Part shown: positions 1 to 11,799 of the stretch, piece by piece | Position numbering within the stretch: the stretch's first letter is position 1 | Layout: each line of letters opens with the position of its first letter | NCBI RefSeq assembly: GCF_006345805.1 | Contig: NW_021835688.1 | Coordinates: forward strand, 1-47,552 | From: Octopus sinensis | Taxonomy: Eukaryota | Length of the DNA stretch: 47,552 nucleotides | Direction of reading: 5' to 3' | The notes under the pieces: generated by a model | What the model was told of the DNA's origin: nothing | Seen by the model: only the letters and a program-made list of their open reading frames with translations | Databases searched by the model: none | Translations under genes and position numbers: made by a program

Positions 1-288
1 AGTAGAAGCAAGAGGAGAAGCAGAGAGGAGCGCGTGTAACACATGTTCATTCACTGCTTAGCAATTGTAAGCCAAGACCGAGACACAACCGTCGTGTTTA
101 GTTAGAAATGTACTCGCGAATAATACTACTAATACTACTACTGCCGATGTATATACATACGAACGTATACAATATGCACGCACGCAGGCACGCAAGACAC
201 ACACAGAGAATATACGCATATGCTCATCCGCACACGTATGTGATAAAAAGACGAGTTGATATATGATATTTACTAAAGCGTAGATGTT

Positions 289-549
289 GAATAATGAATA
301 ATGAATAATGAATAATGAATAATGCAGGCAATTGTGAAACAAAGACATGCCAAGATGGAGACGTGAAAGGAATCTTGGTTGTGCGATTAACGCCTCTAGA
401 GATTTCGAGAGAGGGACGCGAACATCTAATGGACATGTAAAAATAATAACGTTAATGCGAAAGCAAGATGTATACATGTTTGTAGGAGTTTAAGACAGCG
501 TGTGTGTGGATATATGTGTATTCGTTTCTCTGTGTGTATATGTGTGTTT

Positions 550-620
<71 letters not shown>

Positions 621-1011
621 TAAAAATTTAACAAATTATTTTTTTCTGTCACCTCTAACATGCCCGTTATCTTTTTTGTGCATTATTGCTTTCAGCACAT
701 TTCTATTCCACTTCAAGCATTTGCCTGTCTGCTTGCATACGTGTGCATGTGTGTTGTGTATGTGTGTGTGTATGTGTGTGTGTGAGTGTATATGGTAGAG
801 AGAGAGAGAGGGAGAGAGAAGGAGTGTGTTTGCTAGAGGGTAAACATTTAAGAAAAAATTCTTTTCACACAAAAACATATGCATATGTGCGTATATACAT
901 ATACGTGTGTGTGTGTGTGTGTATACAAATAATAGAATTGGTGTATGAATCTATGTATGTATGTATGTATATATATATATATATAATGCTTATACATATA
1001 TAGATAGATAG

Positions 1012-1062
<51 letters not shown>

Positions 1063-1072
1063 CAGATAAATG

Positions 1073-1116
<44 letters not shown>

Positions 1117-1240
1117 TACGTATATATACACACACACACATATATGTATATACATATATACACACACATACACATACATAAACATATATACACATATATA
1201 CATATACATATAAACACACACACATGCACAATTATGTATG
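289..1240. repeat. Microsatellite cluster: (GAATAAT)n 289-324, (TG)n ~556-620, (GA)n, (GATA)n ~1000-1115, (CA/TA)n
   Basis: Directly visible tandem repeats; they explain the VCVC and YLSI ORFs. Confidence 0.95.
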
Positions 1241-1652
1241 TGTGTGTGTGCGTGTACGACATTCACATTCAAATGCTTTTGGCTTTCGTTATATTTTCTC
1301 TCTCCCATAACGTGATCTCCTGGGAGTTGAATTCTTTTTCTTTAAGTCGTATGGCTCTCCCTTTGCACATTTCCAACATCACCATTTTGTCATTCTTGTC
1401 TGTCACTCGTGTTTGCATTATTTAGTTTTATACATTCTCTCTGCACTTCTTTACACACTTGTGCATATGTGCTTAGTGTCAATATATAAAGGTATACCAA
1501 TACGTCTGTATATGTGAGTGTCAGAGAGAGTGTGTGTGTTAGAAGGACTATTACTTTCTTATGCATATGTCGTTCGTAATGGCCTTCTACAACCGTAATG
1601 GCCGTTTACAACCACATTCCCAAACATGTTAGGTTGGTAGCCTTTCCACCTT

Positions 1653-1949
1653 TTTGTTTGTTCCTTCTCAAGCCATGCCTGACTCATAAGGGCCGGTTTC
1701 CCAGTTTCCTTGGCATATAGGTTCTCCACCTGGACGGGACACCGGTCCGTCGCAGGTGAGCTGCAAGATGCAGGAGGAAAGACTGAGAGAAAGTTGTGGC
1801 GAAAGAGTCAGCAGAAGTTCACCATTACCTTTCGCCGGAGCCGCGTGGAGCTTAGGTGTTTCGCTCATAAACACACACATCGCTCGGTCTGAGATTCGAA
1901 CCCGCGATCCGTCGACCGCGAGTCCGCTACTCTAACCATTAGGCCATGT
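1653..1949 (-). mobile_element. tRNA-headed SINE, family B, tail type i
   Basis: Minus strand reads GGCACATGGCCTAATGGTTAGAG (A-box) ... GGGTTCGAATCTC (B-box). Core is shared with other B copies. Flanked by 13-bp direct repeat GCCTTTCCACCTT (1640-1652, 1950-1962). Confidence 0.85.
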
Positions 1950-2229
1950 GCCTTTCCACCTTGGCTCACTGTTGCTGAACAGTAAATGGGTATTGTTATA
2001 TTTGCTCTCTTACGTGTTTCAGTCTTTGGACTGCGGTCATACTGGAGCATTGCCTTGCAGGATTTTAGTCGAACAAATTTTGTTTTGTTTTTTAAGTCTG
2101 TTGGATCAACTGGAACCCGTCACGCAATCGCTGGGGGTGCTAGTGCCATATACGTGGTCCGATCAATAAGTATCAGGATTGTTGCCATAGTAACGAAGCT
2201 AAAGCACGCAGAATAAAGCCGCTTGGCAT

Positions 2230-3050
2230 GGATTAACCTGCAACAATGGTGTGCATGCACACTAAGTATTCGTATTCTAGCTCCCTTCCGCTGTTTACAA
2301 CAGTGATTGGAAGTAAGGTGTGTAGTGTATGATCATCGCATTGACCCTGACAGACAAAGTTGAGCAGAGAATCTGCATATAAAATTTTGCCAAGAACTTG
2401 GTGATACCTACTCAGAGGCATATGCAAAGTTTTCAAAACGTTTTCATCGTTCTTGACACAATGAAGGAGGTCTTATGCTACTGAAATCCGAGTGTCTTCT
2501 TGATCAGATGAAAGCGGTTTTGGCAAAAACTTAGCAGATACGCGTTTCATATTCGAATCTTCAGTGATAATGTCCTCAACTGAACCATAACTAAACTGCA
2601 CATCTTTTGATAACTCAAAGATGGTGATTCGACGATTTCCTTAGACAGCTGCACGCACATCTTCGATGTTTTTTTCAGTTCTGCTGGTTGTAGGTCTTCC
2701 AGGACGTTCGTCTCTATCGAGATATTTTCGGTCATCTTGGAAACATCTGATTTACTTTTACACTTGTATTTGGCTCATATATACTCCTCTCCATACTCTT
2801 TCTGCAACACTGTGTGGGCCTCTGAGTAAGTATCGCCATGACAACTTTCTCTGTCACGGTTAATTTGACGATCACACGCTACACACCTTCTTTCCAAGAA
2901 CTGCTGTAAGCAGCAGAAGTGAGCTAGAACGTTAAAACTTAGAGCGCATACACAGCAGAATTCAAGGTCAATTTTCGCCGAACTAGTACTTTCATGCATT
3001 AAATTATGCAATCTTCAGGTTCATGTAGTAGTGGTGACAGTCATGCTTCA
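2230..3050. mobile_element. Non-autonomous mariner derivative made of two inverted transposase 5' ends
   Basis: Plus strand: LTDKVEQRICIKFCQELGDTYSEAYAK (~2345-2430). Minus strand: ITEDSNMKRVSAKFLPKPLSSDQED (mariner RVSAKFVP region). 2308-2430 is an imperfect inverted copy of 2795-2900. Confidence 0.75.
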
Positions 3051-3793
3051 CAATTTTGACTCTCCTTATATATATATATATATTATATATATATTATATA
3101 TATATAGGGAGAATTTACGAAAGAAGCAAAAGACGAAGACAGGTGCTGTACAAAAGAAACAGATGCATTAGTAAAACGCTCAGGAATAGAAAAAGTATTT
3201 TACGCTTCGAGCCTACGCTCTTCTACTGAAAGGGACACAGAAAAAACAAGGATATATATATATATATATAAATTGTATATATATATATTTATATATATAA
3301 TTGTATGTATATATCGTTACTTTTCATTTAAAAAAAGCCTTCATTTTTTTATATACAATGTGCATTTTCTTCTTTTTTCTTTTTACTTTTCTCCTGTTTA
3401 TACCATGTGTAGTCTCTTTTCTCTTTGAAACCTATTTCTATATATATATATGTGTGTGTGTGTGTGTGGTTTATCGTATATATATATACATACATATATA
3501 TATTATACATATTATACATATTATATATATATACATATTTATATATATAATATGTATATATATATATATATATATGTTATGTATATATATTATATATATC
3601 TATATTATATCTATATATATATACTATTATATATATATAATACACTATAAAGGGTTAGGTTAATTCAAGTTTACGGATTAATTCAAATCAAAATATTTAA
3701 AATTAATTATTAATTTTTAATTATCTACATTCAGTGAAACGTAGCAGAGCGACGAGCGAGCTAGAGAGAGAGAGAGAGAGAGAGAGGAGAGGA

Positions 3794-3832
<39 letters not shown>

Positions 3833-4330
3833 ACAGAGACAGAGAGACAGAGACAGAGACAGAAGACAGACAGACAGACAAACAAAGAAGAAAACTGAGA
3901 GGGCGTGAGTGAGGGAGGGAGGGAAAGAGGGTGTGAGTGAACGAGTGGGGTAGGGCCCGCCGTGTACGCGCGTCGGTCCGAAAACTAGAGTGTGCAAGTG
4001 TTTGACAAAGAGTCTAATAGGAAAAACAAGTTGCTGAATGTACAGTAAATACGTGAATTAAGATCAGAGCGAGAAGAAATATCAACTTTATTAGTTTCCA
4101 GCCTATTCGCTCAGCAGGAACAAATTACAAAGATTAATGAGATATGTATTATGCGTTAATAGGCACAGACTCATACAGGCTGTTTCTACGTTTGTCTTAA
4201 CCGCAGGAGCGTAGCTTCATTAAGTTTGAGTACGTGTGTGTGTGTGTGTACGTGTGTGTGTGTATGTATGTGTGTATATATATATATATATGCATACGTA
4301 CACTTATATTCATATATTCAAATACATACA

Positions 4331-4376
<46 letters not shown>

Positions 4377-4537
4377 ATTATAAACATACACATACATACC
4401 TACATAGAAACATATATATATTCATACGATATAGGTATATATTATATAGATATATATATATATATATCTGTGTGTGTGTGTGTGTTGTGTATACAGAGGC
4501 GCGTATAAATACCTATATATCTAGATATAATGCATAT

Positions 4538-4579
<42 letters not shown>

Positions 4580-5410
4580 TATAAGATATGTAATGTATAC
4601 ATGCATGTAGATATAAATACACATACAAGATAATATATATATATATTTTATATCCATATGTTTTTATTTAAAAACAATTACTACTTTTTCAAATTTAGGT
4701 GCATTTTCAACAACAAATTTGCCTATATATATATCTGTGTTTATGTATGTATGTATATATGTATGCATGTATATTTGTATGTATATACATACATACATAC
4801 ATACACTCACATTAAGCTAGGTTGAAATGTTCGCTGCTGTTAAAAAAACGCTTAATTACATGGTTTGTTTATAGGTGACTAACCCGGGCACATCATCAGG
4901 TGAGCTTAGCGAGAAAAGTTATAAGAAACTCAGCAGGGCAAAGAAAAACAGCAAAAATCCAACCATCTCTATCAGATAACCTAATGGTTCTTTAATAGAG
5001 TTCGTAGCTATCTGGCCATGACAACAAAGTAAACGAGCGCGCTGTAAGACCACTGACAGTGCGACAGACTCTTAGATATTATCACGCCGTCTGTTTCGTA
5101 GAGGGAAATTATCTTAATTCAAGTCTTGGCTTCTACTGGATCTTTCTGAGTAGCAATGGTTGGAGACGGAAAAAAGGCTGATATATAAATTGTGAGAGTT
5201 TGGTATTTGGGATTGTGTGAACAGCCAACTGACCTGGGTATTCTATTTTCGTAAATTTGCCATGGTCTTTCTGTTTCGAAATGAAAGTTACCCGACAAGG
5301 GAGGGATACTGAGTTTTATGCAAATATATATATATTATATGTATGTATGTAAGTATGTATGTATGTATGTATGTATGTATGTATGTATGTATGTATGATG
5401 TATGTATATG

Positions 5411-5441
<31 letters not shown>

Positions 5442-5646
5442 CACACACTATATATATATATATAATTAGAAGGTTTGGAGATGATGTACAGGTATTTTAT
5501 ATTAGAAGAAATGAGGTACTCGGAAATTCGGATGGTTTTATATTTACAGATATTTATTTGTATATCACATGTTTTTATACATCATATATCGTATATCATA
5601 TATCATAAATTAGCACTTTCGTCCATTCTAGTGGAGTTTTCAAACA

Positions 5647-6420
5647 TACGATACGGTATCAAAATATTCCCGAACTAATTATGGTTCATAAAAAATAACT
5701 TATTTACCAAACTTTTAACATAATCTCCTTCGAAATCGTCCTCTTGCACTGTAATAAACTGGTCCCTGGTCCCTGCGTTTCTTCTACCTTTGAAATCTGG
5801 CCTGAAAGTTGTTTTCCGTATGCGAGTCGAGAATCTTCTGCGATTCGCTCAGGATTTTGACAACCGTATCAAAATGGCGACTTTTGAGCTGCATTTTCAT
5901 CTTGGGGAAGAGATGGAAGTCCGCAGGTGCTAAATCTGGCGTTCAGGGCAGGTACAGAAGCGAAGCCATATTATTTTTGGCGAGAAACTCACGAATGGGG
6001 AGAGTTCGGTGAAGAAACCAGTACTTTTCGCTCCCCAAATCAGGTTGTTTACGCCGGCCGTCCTCCCTAAAACGCCTCAAAACGTCGCAGTAGGACTCTC
6101 GATTGACAGTCTGGCCATGGTGGACGATTTCTAGATGCTTAATAGAAATTATGCATCTAGAAATCGTGGCAGGCCTTCTGGCTAGATTCTTCCAATTTTG
6201 AAGCGCTTATGCCATTCGAAATATTGAGTACGGCCATTGGCTTGTCGCCATAATCTGGTTCAATATCTCCGTAGCAGACTTCCCAAGATTAACACAAAAT
6301 TTCATGTCGGCTCTTTTTTCAAACTTCCTGTCCATACCAAAATTGCAGACTACAGCATAAATGTGATCACAAAAACACAAATTTCAAAACATTGCGAATT
6401 AAACACTACTAGCTCTCACA
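5647..6420 (-). mobile_element. Internally deleted mariner transposase relic
   Basis: N-terminus MDRKFEKRADMKFCVNLGKSATEILNQI starts at 6335. C-terminal TPDLAPADFHLFPKMKMQLKSRHFDTV...DDFEGDY lies near 5960-5720. Stops and frameshifts present. Confidence 0.85.
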
Positions 6421-6499
6421 CGCATAATTCAAAGTTTGTACGAGTCCTTACCTCTTAGAATTCAAGGTGTAATTAATTATTGCCAAACGCGATCCTACC

Positions 6500-6562
6500 C
6501 CATATTAAAATAAATTTGTTTGAAATTTTAAGGTGTTTCCAATATTTTGTCCAACCCCTGTA
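6500..6562 (-). mobile_element. Isolated Tc1-like terminal segment
   Basis: Reverse complement TACAGGGGTTGGACAAAATATTGGAAACACC resembles a Tc1-type TIR; no partner end found. Confidence 0.4.
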
Positions 6563-6573
6563 TGTATATATAT

Positions 6574-6732
6574 ATGTGAGGTATATTTGCCATCTCAATA
6601 TGGCTAACCACTAAGAGTGGGTGTTACTGTAGCTTGTAGCCCCAGGAAGACATCTCCTCCAGCTGGCTACAAGCTACAGTAACACCCACTCTTAGTGGTT
6701 AGCTATATTGAGATGGCAAATATACCTCACAT
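6574..6732. repeat. Fold-back element (MITE-like): 68-bp inverted arms, 23-nt loop
   Basis: 6574-6641 is the reverse complement of 6665-6732 with one mismatch (G.U pair in plus-strand RNA). Confidence 0.9.
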
Positions 6733-7329
6733 TGTCGTGCAGTTACTGTTTATACTTCGTTCAGAATATTTATTATTGCATATATTATATATAATATATA
6801 TATATATATATATTTACGTATATACGCATATATCAGATCACTTACTGAGGCGCTGATCTGCTTGTTATTTGATATTCGCGAGTTTATATTTGCAAAACGC
6901 ACTGATATCGTTTCACTTCATTTTCAAAAATGTCTCTGCTCTAATTGAAACTCGTTCAAAAATGAATTTGATATACGAATTTTATTTTATTTTTAATGAC
7001 TTCTGTTTTTTTCCTTTTTGTTTTTTTTCTATTTGCATATTTTTTCTTCACTTTATGCTCTATGATATTCTAAATTGCTGAAATCTCACCGCAAATATTC
7101 TGAAGATTTATATGTGATTAAAGTAAAATTTGATTTAAGTTGGTAGTAACAGAAATTATTTTTTTAATTTCATTTTCATGTTTTTAGTATCTTCTGGAAT
7201 TTGTTTATGTTATTTATAATCCCAAGGAACAATCTAGTACAATGTGAGTGTAGGTGTGTATTCGTATGTTTGGGTGAATATCTGAGTGTGTGTGTGTGTG
7301 TGTATTTGGGTAATGCAGTAATAGATATG

Positions 7330-8000
7330 TATTCATCCCATAAATAATGCAGTTTTTTATACTGCTTTTATTTTTCAAAATTTAGATAAACAAATTTCTT
7401 TTTTAATCAAAAATATATTCTCCTTCATTTTTTACACTGCTCTTCTTTCTATCTGGTAGAACCGCAAGGCCTCTCTGCCAAAATTCACCTGTCCGTGATG
7501 AAACATACTCCTTCGGTACTATTCTGAACACGTCTACATAATTCATATTTCTTCCATCAAAATGATTTTGAAGATTGTGGAATAAATGATAATCCGATGG
7601 GGCAATGTCTGGTGAATATGGTGGGCAGGGAATCGTTTTCCATTCAAACCGCACTAGCCTTTGGAATGTCATCCTCGCTGTATGTGGCCGAGCATTATCC
7701 TGATGGAAGAACACCTTTCGTCTTGAAACCAAAGATGGTCATTTTACTTCTAGCGTTGGTTTAAGCCGCTCAAAGCTGCTCGCAGTAGATCTCCTTTGTT
7801 ATCGTTTGGTTTGGGTTTAAAAGTTCAAAGTGCATTAAACCTTTCATATCCCACCATAAAGATAACAGCACATTACGTGGGTGAAGAGCTTCTTTAGTCT
7901 GGGGTGCCGATGTTTTTCCTTTCCGTTCGGCGATTGGCATATTTATAGAGAACCCATTTCTCATCACCAGTGACTATTCGGTTTTAAAAAGGTTCATTCA
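7330..8000 (-). mobile_element. Mariner transposase pseudogene, catalytic half (DD34D type)
   Basis: NEPFLNRIVTGDEKWVLY, LWWDMKGLMHFELL, FHQDNARPHTA and PPYSPDIAPSDYHLF motifs; frameshifted; 5' part truncated next to a SINE. Confidence 0.92.
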
Positions 8001-8002
8001 TG

Positions 8003-8302
8003 TCTCTTTTTGCCGAACCGCTACGTTACAGGGACGAAATTACGAATATTTGCGACTACCACCGAGATCTGCTCCCACGAGGATGTTGGGGGACAAATAC
8101 AGACGTACATACACACACACACATATATATATATATATACATATATTTGACGGGCTTCCTTCAGTTTCCGTCTACTAAATCCACCCACAAGGCTTTGGTC
8201 GGCCCGAGTCTATAGTAGAAAACACTTGCCCCAGGTGCCACGCAATGGGACTGAAGGCAGGACCATGTGGCTTGTAAGCAAGCTACTTACCACACAGCCA
8301 CT

Positions 8303-8305
<3 letters not shown>
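8003..8305 (-). mobile_element. SINE family A (3'-truncated)
   Basis: Head AGGAGTGGCTGTGTGGTAAGTAGCTTGC and core GCCTTGTGGGTGGATTTAGTAGACGG match the other A copies. Confidence 0.85.
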
Positions 8306-8335
<30 letters not shown>

Positions 8336-8620
8336 CTGAATACACACACACATTTATTTAAACATTTATATATACATACATGCATACACACACACACATA
8401 CATATGTATATATACATATGGATCTACTCATGTATACAAACGTAGATAATTACATATGCACGTTACGTATATACTCAGATATATGTTTATATGTGTATAT
8501 ATGTATTTATGTTTACTTAAACGTACAAACACATAATTACATACTTATTGTGTAAGTATATATAAATGTTTGTGTGTGTGTGTGTGAGTGAGTGTGTGGG
8601 TGGGGTGCGTATTCACTTGC

Positions 8621-8714
8621 CTACATGTGTTTGGAACTGAATAAGGAACAGAAATATGGTGTTTAAAATGTTACGGTGTTCGATTTTTATCTTAGCAAAT
8701 GAAGACACTTCCAT
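8621..8714 (-). CDS. Candidate first coding exon, signal-peptide-like (MEVSSFAKIKIEHRNILNTIFLFLIQFQTHV-G)
   Basis: ATG in GGAATGG context, 31 codons with a hydrophobic C-half, phase-1 end at AG|GCAAGT (GC-donor consensus), inside ~600 bp of non-repetitive DNA; no downstream exon identified. Confidence 0.2.
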
Positions 8715-9444
8715 TCCAAAGATGTGTAAATATTCAAGTGCTAGTTTATTCCACTTGATCATTCGCCTGATATGGTATCGTCTTCTTCGTTGGTACTGTT
8801 CACGAAGTATGTTCAATCAGATCCATTTAAAGACGTGTTCTTCCTTTGGTTACCGTTTTCAAACAACTCTGAAGCTGTCAGGCATTTTGACAAAATTCTT
8901 CCTCCCTCAGGGAATAGGAAAATCTTTTGCCTTACAATTCTTTAGATGCTGTACATATAAGAGCGATATCACTGCTGAGAACAACATTCGAATTTGTTTG
9001 TAAAAGCGATTGTTATAAGTGAAAGTTTTTCGTTAAACGATCCATCGTCGGGCCCTGAGCTGGGAAATACTTCCATATCTGTGAAGGACACCATTAAAAT
9101 TAAGAATCTGGTCCTGCCAGCAATCTTTGAATCACGGTTTTCCAGGCAGTTTTGGATTGACGTGGACTCGTCTCATTTCCACATAGCGTATTTGAGAATA
9201 TAAAAGACACACGGGTATATTACATGTATCCCCAATTTCCAAAACACATATTCCCCCTTTACTATCTAAACCAACCATATCTAGCCAAAACGTTCTACTT
9301 TATTTTCAAACTGACCAGATCCAGATCTGGCCTTTCACACTTACTCTACAATGTCATTCAAAAAGAACAGTCACCCCATCAAAGTCTTGAAATTATGAGG
9401 TAATATATGATTAATTCAAACAATGTAAATAAATAAACATGATA

Positions 9445-9630
9445 CAGTTCTATATTTAAGAGATGAGGAATTATGTACATTATTTACATTATTTACAGTT
9501 GACGGATATTTGTCCTCATCTTGTTTGTCATTCACACAACGTTTCGGCTGATATACCCTCCAGCCTTCATCAGGTGTCTCGGGGAAATTTCGAATCTAGA
9601 TTCTCATTCCTAAGGCATTTTCCGATGTTA
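9445..9630 (-). mobile_element. Hammerhead-bearing Penelope-type repeat, copy H1
   Basis: Inverted copy of 9744-9929 and similar to 38363-38513. Confidence 0.85.
9533..9578 (-). ncRNA. Minimal type I hammerhead ribozyme motif H1
   Basis: RNA: GACAC CUGAUGA A GGCUG-gaggguauau-CAGCC GAA ACGU U | GUGUG; stems I and II pair, stem III is a palindrome. Confidence 0.75.
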
Positions 9631-9672
9631 CCATTATTATTATTGTTGTTGTTGTTGTTGTTGTTGTTGTTA

Positions 9673-9740
<68 letters not shown>

Positions 9741-9743
9741 TTA

Positions 9744-9929
9744 TAACATCGAAAAAATACCTTAGGAATGAGAACTCAGGTTCGAAATTTCCCAAAGACA
9801 CCTGAAGAAGGCTGGAGGTATATCAGCCGAAACGTTGTGTTAACAACAAACAAGATGAGGACAAATATCCATCAAATGTAAATAATGTAAATACTGTAAA
9901 TAATTCCTCATCTCTTAAATATAGAACTG
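9744..9929 (+). mobile_element. Hammerhead-bearing Penelope-type repeat, copy H2
   Basis: Inverted copy of H1; 3' part has AATGTAAAT tandem units. Confidence 0.85.
9797..9841 (+). ncRNA. Minimal type I hammerhead ribozyme motif H2
   Basis: RNA: GACAC CUGAAGA A GGCUG-gagguauau-CAGCC GAA ACGU U | GUGUU; predicted cleavage after 9836. Confidence 0.75.
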
Positions 9930-9934
9930 GAGGA

Positions 9935-10560
9935 TAGAGTTATTTACCTTGTTAAATTATGAGGAAAGTATATAATGCGTCTTGTCTATTTTGGGTGATA
10001 TTTTTGAGAAGTCGAATAAACTTGTTCTTCAGATGGAAGGAAATAATACAAATATCATAAAATTCATTGATTCTTTGAAAGTTTGAAAGCTTTCATGAAC
10101 AAACTGGAATATTGGAAGAGTAAGGTCAGAATCAAAAATGTTGCAATGATTGAGAAACTGTCATAAATGTTTGTGGCCATCGGTGAAAATGAAGAACTTC
10201 AAAATCAGCTGACAATAAAAATTTGGCCGAATTTGACAGAACTGGAAAATTAATTCTGCTGACACTTTGCTAAATTCTGTGAAGAAGAGAGAGAATTTAG
10301 TGCGAAACAATTTAAATTGCCAGTTAACAAAATAAAAAAAAATGAAGAATGATTGGGAAGCAATATTTTCCCATGAGAAATCGATCACAAGATTTTGTCT
10401 CTTAATGTGTGAATTTTGTCCAAAGATGATACAAAGATCTCTAAAAGTATTTTTTTTATTTATTCGTATCATCCTATCCTTACGAGACGACCCTTTTCAA
10501 CTCTGTTACAAATAAAAGTAAAGAAACTAAACGAAAACAGAAGTTGAAATATAACAGTTT
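9935..10560 (+). mobile_element. hAT (Charlie/Buster-like) transposase relic, C-terminal third
   Basis: GDIFEKSNKLVLQMEGNNTNIIKFIDSLK/AFMNKLEYWKSKV and FVSSYPYETxFSTLLQIKVK resemble the hAT LAYLADIF..LN.LQG and LPF.TTYLCE.GFS motifs; many stops. Confidence 0.8.
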
Positions 10561-10619
10561 TGTACTCGTTTCAGCAATCTTCCAAGTATACAAATATTTT
10601 GCCACATATCTTTACTACA

Positions 10620-11025
10620 CTAGGCAGAAGGCCTGAAAATTTGGGGAAGGGGGCTAGTTGATTAGATCGACCCCAGTACGCTACTGGTACTTAATTTATC
10701 GACCCCGAAAGGATGAAAGGCAAAGTTGACCCCAGCGGAATTTGAAATCAGAGCGTAAAGACAGACGAAATGCCTATTTCTTTACTACTCACAACGGGCT
10801 AAACACAGAGAGGACAAACAAGGACAGACAAACGGATTAAGTCGATTACATCGACACCAGTGCGTAAATGGTACTTATTTAATCGACCCCGAAAGAATGA
10901 ACGTAAAGTCGACCTCGGCGGAATTTGGACTCAGAACGTAGCGGCAGACGAAATACGGCTACGTATGTCGCCCGGTGTGCTAACGTTTCTGCCAGCTTGC
11001 CGTTCCAAGAAAATTTGATACAGGC
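10620..11025 (-). mobile_element. Two tandem SINE M copies (tail 2 copy, then tail 1 copy)
   Basis: Core TCGACCCCGAAAGGATGAAAGGCAAAG and head TGCTAACGTTTCTGCCAGCT on the plus strand. Confidence 0.88.
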
Positions 11026-11187
11026 TTTTAGAGTGACTGCCATCTTCATTAGAAAATTAAATACATTGCTCTGACATCCTATTTAACTTTATTTTATTGA
11101 ATTATGCTCCAGTAACTTTGGCCTGTTAAGTAAATAGTTAACTAGCACTCCACAGAAACGCATATCCTTAACATAGTTCTGAGGAGG

Positions 11188-11590
11188 GCGGTGAGCTGGC
11201 AGAAACGTTAGCACGCTATTTCGTCTGCCGTTACGTTCTGAGTTCAAATTCTGCCGAGGTCGACTTTGCCTTTCATCCTTTCGGGGTCGATTAAATAAGT
11301 ATCAGTTACGCACTGGGGTCGATGTAATCGACTGGCCCCGTGCCCTAAAATTTCGGGCCTTGTGCCTAGAGTAGAAAAGAATCGTTAGCACGCCGGACGA
11401 AATACTTAGCGGTATTTCGCCGGTCATTTACATTCTGAGTTCAAATTCCGCCGAGGTTGACTTTACCTTTCATCCTTTCGAGGTTAATTAAATAAATACC
11501 AGTTACGCACTGGGGCGATGTAATCGACTTAACCATTTATCTGTCCTTGTTTGCCCCCTCTATGTTTAGCCCCCTGTGGGCAGTAAAGAA
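11188..11590 (+). mobile_element. Two tandem SINE M copies (tail 2, then tail 1)
   Basis: GGCGGTGAGCTGGCAGAAACGTTAGCACG head; core GTCGACTTTGCCTTTCATCCTTTCGGGGTCGAT. Confidence 0.88.
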
Positions 11591-11599
11591 ATATAGTGC

Positions 11600-11799
11600 T
11601 CAGGAAAATTCACCGAGACACAGAATGTGACAAGGTTGGCATTTCGAAACACAGGTACTACTCATTTCCACCAGCCAGGTGGACGGAAGCAAGGTTATAT
11701 AAAGTGATTTGCTCAAGGACAAAACACGTCACCTGGTATCGAGCTTGTGACCTTACAATCATGAGCTAACCAACCTAACCACTAAGCCACGCGGCTTCA
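11600..11799 (-). mobile_element. Degenerate SINE with D-type head and tail ii
   Basis: CCTAACCACTAAGCCACGCGGCTTCA head and GTGACAAGG..ACAGGTACTACTC tail; resembles 21313-21630. Confidence 0.6.

Noticed and set aside
502-1425. ORFs rich in VCVC, YIYI, YLSI (and similar ones throughout the window)
   Set aside because: Translations of di- and tetranucleotide microsatellites that lack stop codons
2530-2566. CTGAAGA...GAAACGCGT hammerhead-like string on the minus strand
   Set aside because: No stem II or stem I; it is the mariner coding sequence for TEDSNMKRVS
7403-7967. Functional mariner transposase or SETMAR-like gene
   Set aside because: Frameshifts, stops and a missing DNA-binding domain
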